Assembly: GCA_048128005.1 (NCBI GenBank)
Contig: JBEUKZ010000078.1
Location: forward strand, 248,001 to 312,000
DNA: 64,000 bases
Direction: 5' to 3'
From: Veleropilina oligotropha
Taxonomy: Eukaryota
Under the pieces are notes generated by a model that was given only the letters and a program-made list of their open reading frames with translations, ran no database searches and was not told where the DNA came from. The translations under genes and the position numbers were made by a program. Below, piece after piece: positions 22,971-36,201 of the stretch (position 1 is the stretch's first letter; every line of letters starts with the position of its first letter).

Positions 22971-25255
22971 CTTTCCAACGAGCCATAAATGACCATGGAC
23001 ATAAATTGTTAGATTTGTGAAAATCATGTAGATTGCGAATAATAAATGGTAGAGTTGGGAAAGATAAAGGGGTTGGTAATTTTACGTTTTGTAACAGTAC
23101 AGGCGAAACCTTAGTTGATTATATGTTGGCCAACGTATATTTATTTATATATATTACTGATTTTAATGTAATACAAAAATAGGACTACCGAAAGCTGAAT
23201 GTTATATGTAGAAAATAGAAATTCTTATCGAAAAATTTGCAGACAAATATTAAATCAGAGTAATAAAAACGAGTGTGACGAACTGGTAGCACTATGCAAA
23301 ATAGAGTCCAAAGAATTTTGGAAAAGGTTAAAGAGAAAAAACTCAGTAAAGGAAACTTCACCAAATTGTAACTTTTCGAATTATATTGAAACTTTCATGA
23401 ACCCGGAAGTACGTCCGGAAGTAGACGAAGACGTTAAATTGCAAGCAGATTCAATTAATTGGGAAAATATTAATATAATTGTAGACGAACTAGACGCCCC
23501 AATTTCTTTCCATGAAATTGAAACTGCACTGGGCGGTTTGAAGCGTAAGAAATCATGTGGTACTGACCAATTATTAAATGAATTCCTTATAGAGGAAAAG
23601 GTGTATTATTACCACACTTAAATGTATTGTTTAATTGTTTAATTAGTTGTGGTATATTCCCATCAGGGTGGAAGAAAGGCATCATTGTGCCATTGCACAA
23701 AAAGGAAATAAAAGCGATCCTGGAAACTACAGAGGTATAACCTTATTAAGTTGCTATGGGAAACTATTTACTGCAGTTTTGAACAAACGTCTTAATCTAT
23801 GGGCTGAATCTAATAACATTTACACCGAATCGCAACATGGATTTAGAAGAGGTTATTCAACAACTGACTGTATATTTATCTTGAATAGTGCAATTAATAT
23901 TGACAACAAAAAATTATAGTCTCTTTGTAGATTTTTAAAAAGCATTTGATTACATTGATAGGACTATATTGTGGCTCAAACTTTTAATGGAATGTATAAG
24001 CTCGAAAATCTTAAATATTTTGCGGGGAATATATTATAGTATAAAGTCATGTGTCCAGGAAAACAGTGATGCCTTTTCATTCTTCAACTGTTCTTTAGGT
24101 GTTCGCCAAAGCGAAAGTTTGTCAACATTCTTATTTGCTATGTTCATAAATGATACAGAAAACGTATTACAAAATTTGAACTCTGTTGGTATACATGTAA
24201 ATATTTATAAAAAATTGTTAATATTGTTATTTGATAATGATTCTACATTGTTCTCAGATTCATCAATTGTATTTGTAAAGTATGGTTTGTCAGTTAACAT
24301 TGACAAGACTAAAGTCTTAGTCTTTTAGACGTGGTGGTAGGGTCCCAAATCATTTAAAATGTACATATTCAGAACAAAACCTCGAAACTGCAAACCAATT
24401 TCAATATCGTGGTATTATATTCTCAACATCGGAATCATTTACACATGCTCAAAAAGTTTTATCGGAACAAGCATCAAAGGCACCCTCTACAAATAGAACG
24501 CTATATACGAATACTCAAATATTGGTTTAAATTATTATCATCAGATAGTTGTAAATTTGTAAGTATAATGTACGACAAACAAATAGAAATTTTAATCAGT
24601 AAACCTGGTATCTTAAAGTGGGTAAAACAGTTAAAAGACATCTTGTACAGATATGGCTTTGGATATGTTTGGGGGATGTCGACAACTTTATTAAGTCTTT
24701 TAGAGCACGATTGAACGACAATTATGTACAAACATAGCATATGGAATTAGAAATATGCAGTAGAGCTGAAACATATAAATATTTAAAGAAATTCGAATTT
24801 GGAAAATACCTTGTTGAAATTAAATCCCACTTATTTTAAACTGCTCTTACAAAATTCGGTCAAAGTTCTCACCTATTTTTAATAGAAAGAGGGAGATGGA
24901 CGCAACGATTGGAAAGGAATGACAGGACATGCAATATTTGCAATAGTGTAGAAGACGAATAAATACCATGTTCTACTTGTTTGTCCACTTTATCGAAACA
25001 TCAGAGAACAATACATTAAGCCATACTACTGTAATAGACCAAGCGTTTACAAGTTTGTTCAACTTATGTCTTCCAGAAAATTTGTAATATATAACAGGTT
25101 ATCCATCTGTGTGTACAAGATAATGGCTACGCATTCTAAGTTATGATTATAAAAATGCATGTATTTTCGTATATATCTGGTGTACGACTATTGTATATAT
25201 TTACTGTGTAATAACCTGGTTTGGCCCGAGTGGCCTAAATAAATACTGTTCTGTT
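22971..25255 (+). mobile_element. 5'-truncated RTE-X-like LINE (endonuclease end + RT), decayed; copy A
   Basis: Motifs DPGNYRGITLLSC.GKLFT, ESQHGFRRGYSTTD, GVRQ.ESLS and IE.GRW...C..C..VEDE; aataaa plus (ctgtt)n tail. Boundaries are set by the empty site at ~46160 in copy B. Confidence 0.88.
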
Positions 25256-28200
25256 CATATTAATTCATGAAGAAAGCTCGGCCGCCCGGTTAAAACCCAA
25301 AATGTGATAGATATCTCAATAAAAATGTCATTGTCCTAATCGGGGTTTGAACGTACTCCTGTTAGATAGAGCCGTCTAGCGAGAGAATTCAGATTTCACA
25401 CTCTGATGCACTCAACTACAAGTGCAACATCTCATAGAGGAAGGTATAGCAGTTATTGCCATTACGACAATTTTACGATACAAATAAAAAAGTTAAAAAC
25501 AAAAAAGCAGCAAACAGCTGCAACATTTAACAAAATGCAACATAAAATGTCAACGCGAACAATTTACCTATTTAGGTAATATTTATACAATCCACACTCC
25601 GAAAATCTGAAAGCGAATATTAGATATGATCATGGTGTTTAAATTTAATTTCACATCATACGCTGTGTTGAAATAATTGGTTCATAGATTTTGTGACAAT
25701 CTTTACGTCATGAAATTTTTAAGCCGCCTGAATTGTTTATTACAAGAAACCAATAGATTTATGTTCTAGATATCTTTACGTATTAAATATTTCTGCCAAT
25801 AATATTATGTACTTTTCTCTCTCACCTGTTTCATTTGTTAGTGCTTTATTTGCGACCGGACGTTCTCTATATACATCTGGACGCTTTCTCTCATATTTCG
25901 CAAAGGAGTCAAATTCGTCTCCAATATTGCATAAAGTCTCATCGATCACTGTAATGTAACAAATATCTCCTAATTAAATATGTTATAGATATCAGTGTCA
26001 TATATATTAGTAGTTCGCTTTTGTGCTTGCTTAAATATATTATAATAAAGACACGTCTTAAAAGTTAGCCGCGGTGCGTTCCGTACCATTTAATTGAATT
26101 TTCGTTTCAGCATCGATTCTCGTATGGTTTGCATTCTGCTTGTAAGCAAATTCCTCATTGCAATTTTTTCGTTCATTTTCCTAAAAAGGCAATAGGCATA
26201 AAACGAACATTAAAATCGTCAGAATTTAGGGTGAAGGGAATCATTAATGCTTTGGTTAGGATACATGCATGCAACAGAGATATGCTATCTTTAGAAGACA
26301 TATAAATTGATTTTAACATGAAATTTATGTTATCATGAGATATACTAGAATATATGTAATGAATATATCATCGTTGAAAATACAGGCAGCTTTACATATT
26401 GATTTAAATCAAAGTTTCGCTTACAATGTGTTTAATTATAATTAAACAGATTTTAAGTGATATTTTGCAGATATAAATAGATATAAGTGTGAAATATTCA
26501 TACCTTTTGTCCATGAATGGAACAGGCCTCTCCTGCTTCACTGAAATGGAAAGGAAAAGTCAATTTATTTTCAGACATTGAAGGATTATTTTGGGTGCCA
26601 CACACATGACATAAAACGATATACATATATGATAGAAGTATTCTAAACAGCTGATTTATTTCCTGATAATGGATACTACATGTGCATGCCGATTCCAATA
26701 GGTCATTCATTTAAACTGACTCGTATTGGATTCATCATAAAACTTTTGATATTTATGTGTCACTGTGTCTTGCAAAATTGATCATTGTTAATGATTAAAA
26801 TTATCGATGTTTCTCATAAGGATATTTTCTTTTCTCATTGTTCTAATTTATTGCTGTAAAATAAATGCACAACTCTATTAAAACAATTTCAGCTTTGGGA
26901 TTAGCCTGCTAGTATTTAATATTAGAGGCATCCCTTATGCATAGTTATTTCCTTACTTCTCCAGGTTTCCTCGAATGTCCGACATCGTTTCCCATTTCTT
27001 CGGTGACGATAATGCGGACTTCGAAGAGCACGATTTCCTGAAAAATCGCCAACAGCACGCCAAACTTCTCTTCTCCTCATACACGGCAGCTTGTCGGTAT
27101 ACGATTGCACTGTTACTAAAATATCATATAGGAAAAGAAAAGATAGAAAGAAAAGATATTTTTATATTTAAAAATGTTTTTGTTAATAACTGAGTGTTCT
27201 TCATTGGAAGAAGGTAGCAAGACTCAAGAAGTTTTCTATTTTTGTTAATTATTCCGGAGAGATAACGCATGCCAAACAGAATTACCAATGAGGAAATATA
27301 TCTAAAAGGTAGAAATGTTATTTTCTTACTTGAGCAGTGTGTATTTTAAAGATAAAAAAGTCTATTTTGGCAATAACTCACGGAGTAAATAGGGTAATTT
27401 GGATGCAAGACAGTGGTTGATATGCCAAAATATTATACATGGGATATATCGTTATATTTTAATGTTCGAAGCCTTAATTTGTTGTTTACCAGTTCATCGA
27501 TGTTTACTCTACAAGATTGTGACTGATTTTGTGGAAAAATTCTTATCAAAAGATAGCTTAGACCTAAAACTTTGGAAAAATCTTCGTAAATTCAAAATGG
27601 CGGCCATGATGGATTCATAGCAGAATGCCATGCATGTAGAAATATGGGACTTTAAGTCATTTAAATTAATCCTTGTCGGCTTAAAAGGTACTCACGTGAA
27701 CGTATCTTCACTCATTTGCGCAAATGTTTGCATATCGTTTGAGTTATTCATCATTAATTTTCTTCAAATGAAGATTTTCGAGGGAGAGATTGTCTTTACG
27801 TGGCAACAAAATGGCTGAACTTTCTCGAAAATGGTGACGTTCTTAACGTGACGTCATAGAATACGTCATGACGTCACATGAAACGTCTCTCGGTAATCTC
27901 CCTTGAATTAAGCGCAAACGTCAAAGAGTAAACTGCATGATATGTCAGGGCCGAATTTAGGATTGTGTACCGGAGAGGAACAGAACTATTTGCGCAGGGG
28001 GATATAAGTATAGGGGAAGGGGGTTCTGTGAATATGCAAAATTCTGCAATCTGAACCGTAATTTATGACAGATGTTTGTGTGGAATATGGAGAAAAAAAT
28101 CTAAAATAATAAAATGGATACGCTGTTGAAGTACGTGCTTCCAGTAAAGTACCATATGATGGTAAAGAGTGGTGTTCTGGTGTTCATAAAGTGTGGTGTT

Positions 28201-29008
28201 ATGTGATATTAGTAACACTTTCGTGTCACTGTCAATGGCACAAATGATTATTTTTCGAAACACGGCAAGATCTATACAGAATTCAGGTCCCTTTGCATTG
28301 GTTTCGCATTTAATTAGTCACAAAGGGAAGTAATATATTAATAACAGTTAAATTTCCAACAAGTCTCGACTGGCACGTGTTCACCATTAGTCTGATTGCG
28401 GACTTTGTCATTTCTAAAGGGAAATAGAAATTGCTAAAACAACAATGCTTTTTATTGAAATGTATTCACAAGTATGCGGGAAACATTTTGAGCTTTGCTG
28501 CCAATACGCAAACTTTTAGAAATTTTGTAATGAGCGAATTTGAATAATTAGAATAATTAATGATAAGCACCATGATAAAAAAACATTTTAGCTAATAAGG
28601 CTATAGAATCATGTGCATAAGGTTGACCCGAGGAATTAATTTATGATATTTCAACGTCATCGTATAGGTTTAATGTCAAAGTCTTTTTTTCTAAAAATCG
28701 TCAGAAAGCGAATCATTTCGGCGTGTGTAGAGGTACATACACATTTCTATTCATGCATTATTTAAGCCCACAGCGTACGAGAGCTATCACCGTCAGCTCA
28801 AATGATATGATAGCTCTCGTCTGCATGCGGACAATTTTTGTTGAGGTTTGGACCTCGTACGGCAATAAGGCAGGAATCAAACGTGTTGGATATTTTTCGA
28901 CTAACGAGTTCCAAACCTCACCGTGTGCGAGGAACATGAGCTGCCACCCGAGCTGAAATATGAGATTGACCAATAAAAACACAATATTCCTGTAGTAAAC
29001 AATACCGG

Positions 29009-30189
29009 TGTAACAGCTTCGAGTATACCCCCTGCCCGGACTATAACCCGGGGTTAGAGTGGACTAGCTCAGAATATACTTGGGTATATTCTGAGCTAGT
29101 CCACTTTATACCCCGGAGTGTTATACAGGCTAGCCTGTTACATACCTCCCCAGGCCATAATATACCATCTAGAATCAGAGATTTTACGACCACTTTCAGA
29201 GTATTTCACTGATATCGCAGTCGGAATCCACGGTTTAACATCTCTATCAGATCAGACGAGCAATTGTGGCTTATGTCCTTGCCCAAAGAAAACGTCGATA
29301 CGGGGTTCGAACGCAGTACTGTGCACATCAGAAAATGACACAATAATGACTTACCGATAAACGTATTTCACCGATATCGCAGTCCAGATCTACAGATTAG
29401 CATCGTCGAATTTTTCAGCAGACGTTTCGTCGAATGACCGTTTCGTCGAACCGTTTCGTCGAATAAAAAAATCAATAAAGGAACTTTAAAAGACGCGCAA
29501 ACTACTAAAACCTCCATGTCTTATATATTTGCCCATGACGCGGCTTCAAGCCCTGATCGGGCATTCATTTGTATTACTATAATTTAGGCAAGACTTATAG
29601 GGAAGGATGCGCCAATAAGTTACAATTCATATTCGACGAAACGTCTACAAATTCACTTCCATCATTTAAATAATGCCAAGGAGGACTGCGTAACTAGTCT
29701 GCGGCTACCGCCGCATCATTCGGCGGCCTCCGGCGGCCTCCGGCCCGCCTCCGTCGGCCGCGCTCGCTACCGCTCGCTGAGCAGGTCCTCAAGCTCCGCT
29801 CCGGGCTCCCGCACTGTGTGGTTCTGGTTAGTATTTTATATAATGTCAATGTCAAATAGCTTTTATTTAAAGAGGAAATAAAGTGACGGGATTTATCGAT
29901 CCCTTCGTACTTACGTTGACTATACATGGATTGATAAAAGCGTGACTGATCCTGATCTTCTATGTTGCAGGGACAAGTTATTTTTTTAATTATTATTTGG
30001 AAATACAGACTAATTTATTAAAAACACAAGTAGGTATTATTTGGACTAGGGGGGTATAGTCCGGTCAAGGCCAAACAATATCCCGGGGTATAAACCAGTC
30101 TGTGTTATTTTCAACCCCGGGGTATAGTTTGGCCCAGACCAGACTCTACCCGGGTATAGATTGATGGAAGGTGAATATAGCCTATTACA
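29009..30189. mobile_element. Non-autonomous Ginger-like element (TGTAA...TTACA, CCGG TSD), copy A only
   Basis: ccgg at 29005-29008 and 30190-30193. Copy C has a single ccgg at the same site (aataccgggacc, ~55422-55433). Confidence 0.8.
29420..29646. mobile_element. Small inverted-repeat element nested in the Ginger-like insertion
   Basis: Perfect 16-bp inverted ends agacgtttcgtcgaat / attcgacgaaacgtct; cgtttcgtcgaa is repeated three times at the left end. Confidence 0.55.
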
Positions 30190-30627
30190 CCGGGACCTAC
30201 TGAAATTATTTTTGCCCCTTGTTTAAGGCTTAATTATTTTCATCAGCAATATTTGTATTGTATTAAATGCTATTATTACAAAGATAAGTAAAACATTAGT
30301 ATGTAAATAGTAATGTATGTAAGTAAGTATTGAATTTATAAAGTTCGTATTATGTACATTAAGGAATAAATACATCATTAAATACAAAATGCGGATATAT
30401 GCATATAGGAATAACTATATCAGCTTATTACCCCTTTGCTATATTTCTAGCATTTTCATTGGTCAATTGACATTCCATAACTCCTCGTATTTTCCCGCAA
30501 AGCACATCTGCTGCCAAATAAAGGATGGCCACGTGATGTTGAGGGGTAATGCGGGATGGTCACGTGGTGAGGAGTGGTAATACGGAGCGATCACGTGATG
30601 TTGCGGGGTAATACGGGATGTTCGATA

Positions 30628-30860
30628 ATGGTGTCCAGGCTATCTGAACTAGGTTAATTGTTTCGTAACAAAAGTGTTATAACAACATAAACTGGTAGAT
30701 TTGCGAATATATTCAAAACAAAATATTGTATAGCACATTTAATTAAAATGTTCTTTACAGTATTTTTGTTTTGCGTATATAAATACATCTACCCAGTTGA
30801 CGTTGCTATAGTACTTTCGTTATGAAACAATTAACCTATTGCAGATAGCCTGAACACCAC
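30628..30860. mobile_element. MITE with ~70-bp imperfect TIRs, TA-flanked
   Basis: tggtgtccaggctatctg...ggtagat pairs with atctacc...cagatagcctgaacacca; ta on both sides. Confidence 0.7.
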
Positions 30861-31030
30861 TATCTGTTTTAAAGTTTTTACAAAGATAAATAAATAGGCA
30901 AATGGGTAATAAAATTGTTATATTGGCTTTTGACAGGGTGCACCGGATTTTACCACTCTTCAAAATTTTGGAGGGTGGTAAAATCCAGTACACTCTGTCA
31001 AAAGCCAGTATAACTAATAATATACGAATA

Positions 31031-31419
31031 ATTACCTTCGCCTAAAGAGTGGTGAGAGAAGGTATTGCAATCTGGTCGGTTTGTCTGTCTGTTCTGTCTA
31101 ATTTTTATGACGCAATTTCCGGATTTTGGGATTTTCAGCTATATTTTAACGACCATTGAACCAATTTATCCATTTTTGACACAAGATAGGGTCCACCCTA
31201 GGATCGGTCCGCCTTAAATATGATTGCAGTCGGAAAGCGGATCCGGATTTTTTGACCCAATTTCCGGTTTGTGGATTTTCGACTCTATCGCTAGAACGCT
31301 TTGGCATACACACATCAAATTAGGCTCAAAATGTTCTTCAACTATGTTTCGCAAAGATTTCTAGCTTCCACCATTCCTTGCCACCAGGGCGAAAGTTTGC
31401 AATGTCGGATTGCCTTGTT
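31031..31419 (+). mobile_element. Helentron-associated (HINE/DINE-1-like) non-autonomous element
   Basis: 5' taccttc...gaaggta stem followed by a gtct microsatellite; 3' end ttgcaatgtcggattgccttgtt. Architecture recognised from memory. Confidence 0.5.
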
Positions 31420-31796
31420 ATGTTATCATAAGGCATACATGTAATAACAAATTCTTCTTTTTTCACCTTAAAATAATTATATATTACAGAATAGAAGAGG
31501 TGTGTCTTATAAATGCGTATTTTAAAAATAATCCGAGATTAGATAAGTATTTTAGTCTAATATATGTCTCTATAATTTGGACACACCATTAAATCACAGG
31601 GAAGAAGGATCGTTGACTGTTGCTGTGTTAATTAGGTTATGTTACCTTGACTAATTAAGTTATCATTTCGTCTTTAGATCACAGGGTGGGTCCTATAAAT
31701 TAAATGCCACCTCGGCGTGCCATCTCTCCATTAATTAACACGTTTTATTTCGTGTCCAGTGGAAACAACTGTGGAACTAATGCAGCAACTGTATAT

Positions 31797-32945
31797 TCAA
31801 ATTCAATTTATTAATAGCATTAAACATATTACATGTTTTAGCTAAATATCACATAAATATTATAGACAAACAGGTGAAATAATGCATCTAGTATAATAAA
31901 ATATTATTTGTGAAATAACGATTTGAAGAAGTTACTCATATGTATATAATGAGTTCCACATATCCAATCATTTGACACAGTTAATGTAATCTTAATGGTA
32001 CAACATAATATTAATTTTGTAAGAAAATTTACATATCCAGATAAATACTAGTATTAATTGATACAGTGATGTTATATACAATTATGCACATTATAAAATT
32101 GTTTCAATGTGTATATGCAATTACATAATATAACAGTATACATATAAATATATATGCATGGTGAATAATTATAATGATATTATTAAATGCATCAAAAGAT
32201 AGTACATTGTACATATATATTAAATTTCATCTCTATTTTACTGCATTAAATTTTGTCGCTTAGCTATAGCCTGTTTCAGATATAGTCCTAAGCGAGAAGC
32301 AGCGTTTATGGAAATTGTCGACATTAAGCTTATAAATTTTCGCATTGTGGGCCATCTTGTTTAACAAATGGGTTGATATTTCGATCGTATGTCTCTGTAT
32401 ATGAGACAGACGAGAATGAAATGATACTCATCTTCTATTGCATTCTGCGGACAATATTGACATAGTCTCTCATTTCTTATGACACCATGGAATCTACCCT
32501 CTTCAATAGCTAATTTGCATGTACAACTTCTAAATTGCGATATATATTTGCGAGACAGATTGTTAAAAATTGACAGATAGTTTTCAAAGCAGAATACTTC
32601 CTTATACATAACATAAAAGCGCAATTTTGATGTATTTTGAATGGATATAATGCTAATGTTGCATGAATTGGTCGTATAGACGCTCTATGAGGATAGATTC
32701 GTTAAATTGTAATGTGTCTTGTTCATTCCAAATGTAGTTAAATCCAAGATCAAACAATAGATTTCTTACAGAAGATGCCCAATTTTCTACATTTCGCAAC
32801 GTTGTCGAATGTAGTTATATACAATATAAAGTAAGCTGTTTCTATTTTGAAGTATCCTCACCCAGTATTATAAAATTATCTCTTTTCGTTTCAATGCCAT
32901 TGTTACTCTATCTAATTCGCCATATAAAACGAAATTCGGCGCTAT
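31797..32945 (-). mobile_element. 3' portion of an RTE-X-like LINE, antisense; copy A
   Basis: SQFRSCTCKLAIEEGRFHGVIRNERLCQYCPQNAIEDEYHFILVCLIYRDIR; minus-strand tail aataaattgaatttgaa. Confidence 0.8.
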
Positions 32946-33061
32946 ATATAGTGTTCGTATATGATTTTGTCGTCATTGATAATAATAAACTAAAATAAAC
33001 TGCAGTATTATTGATGTTATGTACTTACGTAAAAAATACGTACTAATATATCAGCAGCAAA

Positions 33062-34640
33062 ATGCATCTTTTATCAGCGAAGAGGATGAAACATTAAATA
33101 TTATTGACGAAGTTTGGAAATATCCTAATCTATTCGTACAATATCAGTCTCCTTGACCATAGGGATGAGTTCCTTGAACGAATATGTAAAAGCGGACAGA
33201 AAGTGACAACCATCTTTTGAGGTAAGATATTTACATTCATATATTAATTACTTGATTCACTGTGGGCGATGTATATATACGCCGGCTGCAGGAGTATATG
33301 TCTCCTTCCATACGCGGGCGACGTATTTATACGTACGCATGTCATATGTGTCTTCTTCTTACTGTTGACGCAAATATAGTTGAGTAGAGAGATTTCTTTC
33401 TCTGGTTACATACACCCTGGACCTGACGACCATCATTAACATATACGAGAAAAGATTATCCCATAGGAAATTCAGCAGTGAATCAGTTAATAATGCTAAC
33501 GGCAGGATTTAGTTGGTCCTTTTGGTCCATGCTGTTATTTACACCACTGGTGATGTATGTATTTCGCCAGTTATATGTACCCGATACCTCTTATGTATGA
33601 CAGCAGAACAATCTTAGCTGAGACTGTTGTTGAAGTATAATAATTATTATGTATCACTGTCTTTGATTATATAATTGTCTTGAATGTAAACAGAGAAAAC
33701 CGTCTTCATAATAAATATTTCAAAGACAGCAATTACATTAGCCGTAATAATAATTATGTTGTATACATCTGTAATAATCTTTAAATTATCCAATAAGACC
33801 GAATATACACATCTTATCAATAACTCTTACTTTAAAGAGACTATTGCCCCTAAATGCGATCTTAATTTTTTTAAAGAAAACTAAACAGTTTACACTTTTT
33901 GTTTATAGCATAAAAAGTTAGGAATTTTCAGCACTCAACTTTCGTCAGTAATTTGTTACCGTTTAAATGAATCGCTACTGAATATTTAAAAATGATTACG
34001 CGGTCCGCGTATTAAACTTAATTACCTCGCACTAGTTGGAGCACAGTTGCATAGGTTTCTGCTCGTCAAGTAAGATAGCTTTCTACTTGACAATAATATA
34101 TATTGCCCAGTTACAATAATAATTTCAATAAAAGTCTATCATTTGATCATATATCGATCATATTTTCGCGAAATTTGTATCAATCTGCGCAGACCGTGCT
34201 ATAGGGGGTGGTCAGTTCAGTCATGCTACACAGTCATGAAAAGAGCGCATTTGCGGGCAATAGTCTCTCAAACCAAAAAATACTCTTAATCGAAATCTGA
34301 TATTCAACAGAGAATCCATGATTGAAGACACGGAATCTGAATACGAGACCTTTAGAAGCGAAGAAGGTGAACAACTTCGGCCTCCAGAAGCGGCCCATAT
34401 CAGGACTGCTACCGGGAAACAAAAAGTGAGCACAAAAGTAAAATGTAATACCTCTGTGGACTACACCATTCTATAATATATACAGGGTCGAATCGCTCAA
34501 ACCGTGGACCGTGAAATGCTATTCGGAAAAATTGTAGCATCTACTTTATCGGATTTGAAAAAGAAAACAAGATGTTTGGCAAAGTTGAAGATACAAGAGA
34601 TACTATTTGAAATGGGCGAAAAGCGAAACACTCTCTTAGT
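33062..34640 (+). pseudogene. Decayed MADF/Myb-SANT + BESS-like gene (Harbinger ORF2 type); copy A
   Basis: EEDETLNIIDEVWKYPNLF resembles a MADF N-terminus and precedes donor gtaaga (~33222). LFGKIVASTLSDLKKKTRCLAKLKIQEILFEM resembles the BESS-like C-terminus. Frameshifts are present. Confidence 0.55.
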
Positions 34641-34828
34641 AAAGTAACTATCAACTGCTCAAAAATCCTACAAACTGTATATCATATACAATTCTCGTTG
34701 TGTGTGTATATCGATATTCGTACAACATAGATTGATTTAAAAACAAAAAAATAACATTTCATATAATTATGTCTGTACAACATGAGAACTGCAACAGACA
34801 AGTGCACGAATTCACAACTACACGACCA

Positions 34829-35212
34829 TCTTAATATAATAATAATAGTGTGTGTGTCTGTTTCAAGTTGAACTCCTCCCAGACGCTTTGACCTACGACC
34901 TTCAAACTTTGGGGGGTTAATCGGGGTCCCCCAAGGAAGGTTTACCACGAAAAAAATTCGGAAAATTCGGGAAAAATGTGTGTGTGTCTGTCTGTCTGTC
35001 TGTCTGTTTCAAGTTGAACTCCTCCCAGACGCTTTGACCTAGGACCTTCAAACTTTGGGGGGTTAATCGGGGTCCCCCAAGGAAGGTTTACCACGAAAAA
35101 AATTCGGAAAATTCGGGAAAAAAAAAAAAATTTAAGGGAGCACTATCCAAAAAAAAAAAAAAAAAAAATGGGGTGGGGGGACTTACCCGGCGAAGACGGG
35201 TACCAATGCTAG
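34829..35212 (+). mobile_element. Non-autonomous Helitron, copy A only
   Basis: Starts TC, ends CTAG, has subterminal hairpin tacccggcgaagacgggta (35184-35202), and sits between A and T without a TSD. The empty site is 58658/58659. Contains two internal ~140-bp units with gt/gtct microsatellites. Confidence 0.92.
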
Positions 35213-35223
35213 TAATTACAATA

Positions 35224-36201
35224 ATGAACTCCACCAAGAAAAACAATGGATGTGTTAATGGGAAATCGGGTATACAAGAACGACGCAATACAACCGACAA
35301 AGGAGTACCGCAGAAGCGTGACAGGTCTTCTCAAGGCCCAACATCGACCCCGAAATCTGTGAAAAATTACCAACACGAAACTACGATGCACGAGGAGGTG
35401 GGAACCACAGTAGAAGATCTGTCAAAAATTGAACCAAACATACAAATCACTCCTGGTCTTACGCAGCTTATCCATACAATTGTAGAAAAAGCCCTCACCC
35501 CATTAACATCAATTTTCAATAAGCAAAATAAAACCATAGAAAAACTCACAAATTCGTTAAATGATTTCATCAAAAGAACAACAAATGATAAACAGGAAAT
35601 CCATAATCTAAAAACGCAAGTGGTCGCCTTAAACACCAAAATAGCAGAGCAGGATACTCTCCTATCATGTGCTACTCGCCTGGACAGAGCTGAAATGGAT
35701 CTAGATGATCTGGAGCAATATGGTCGCAGAAAAGCTCTTCGTTTTAAGAACGTCCCGGTGACAAACATCCCAATACGACCAATGCGCGGAGACAGACCGG
35801 TATTAGACACGGATGCATATGCCCTGAATCTATGCAAAAATGATCTGAAAGTATCTCTATTTCGGAGTGATATTAATCGATCGCACCTGTGTGGAAAACC
35901 AAATGCCCAAGGAACAGTTTCGATTATTTGTAAATTTACAAATTAAAAATCAAAGAGTATCTTCTAGCACTCAAAGAAAGCTCTAAATAATCGACCAGAA
36001 AGATTTTCATCGTGGAAGATCTAACTAATAATTATAGAGCACGTATCGTCTCTAAGCTGCAATACCTGTATAACAACAAAATATATAACAAGTTTCTGGA
36101 CATCTGATGGCAGATTATTCTATAAACGGACAATCAACAGCGCACCGATCATTACCAAGACACTATACGATCTGGCAAACGATTTCCCTATTGACCTGTG
36201 A
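35224..36201 (+). pseudogene. LINE ORF1p-like coding region (coiled coil + RRM/Transposase_22-like), no ORF2; copy A
   Basis: Coiled coil, then DDLEQYGRRKALRFKNVP...DINRSHLCGK...IICKF. After the stop at 35944-35946, shifted frames give IFIVEDLT and FWTSDGRLFYK. Confidence 0.75.

Noticed and set aside
27590..27880. YY1-like caaaatggcggc and CRE-like tgacgtca motifs as a promoter
   Set aside because: No associated gene start was found, and such motifs are common in non-autonomous DNA transposons.
35367..35837. 156-aa antisense ORF (also 58813..59283)
   Set aside because: Shadow frame of the ORF1-like sequence with no recognisable motifs.
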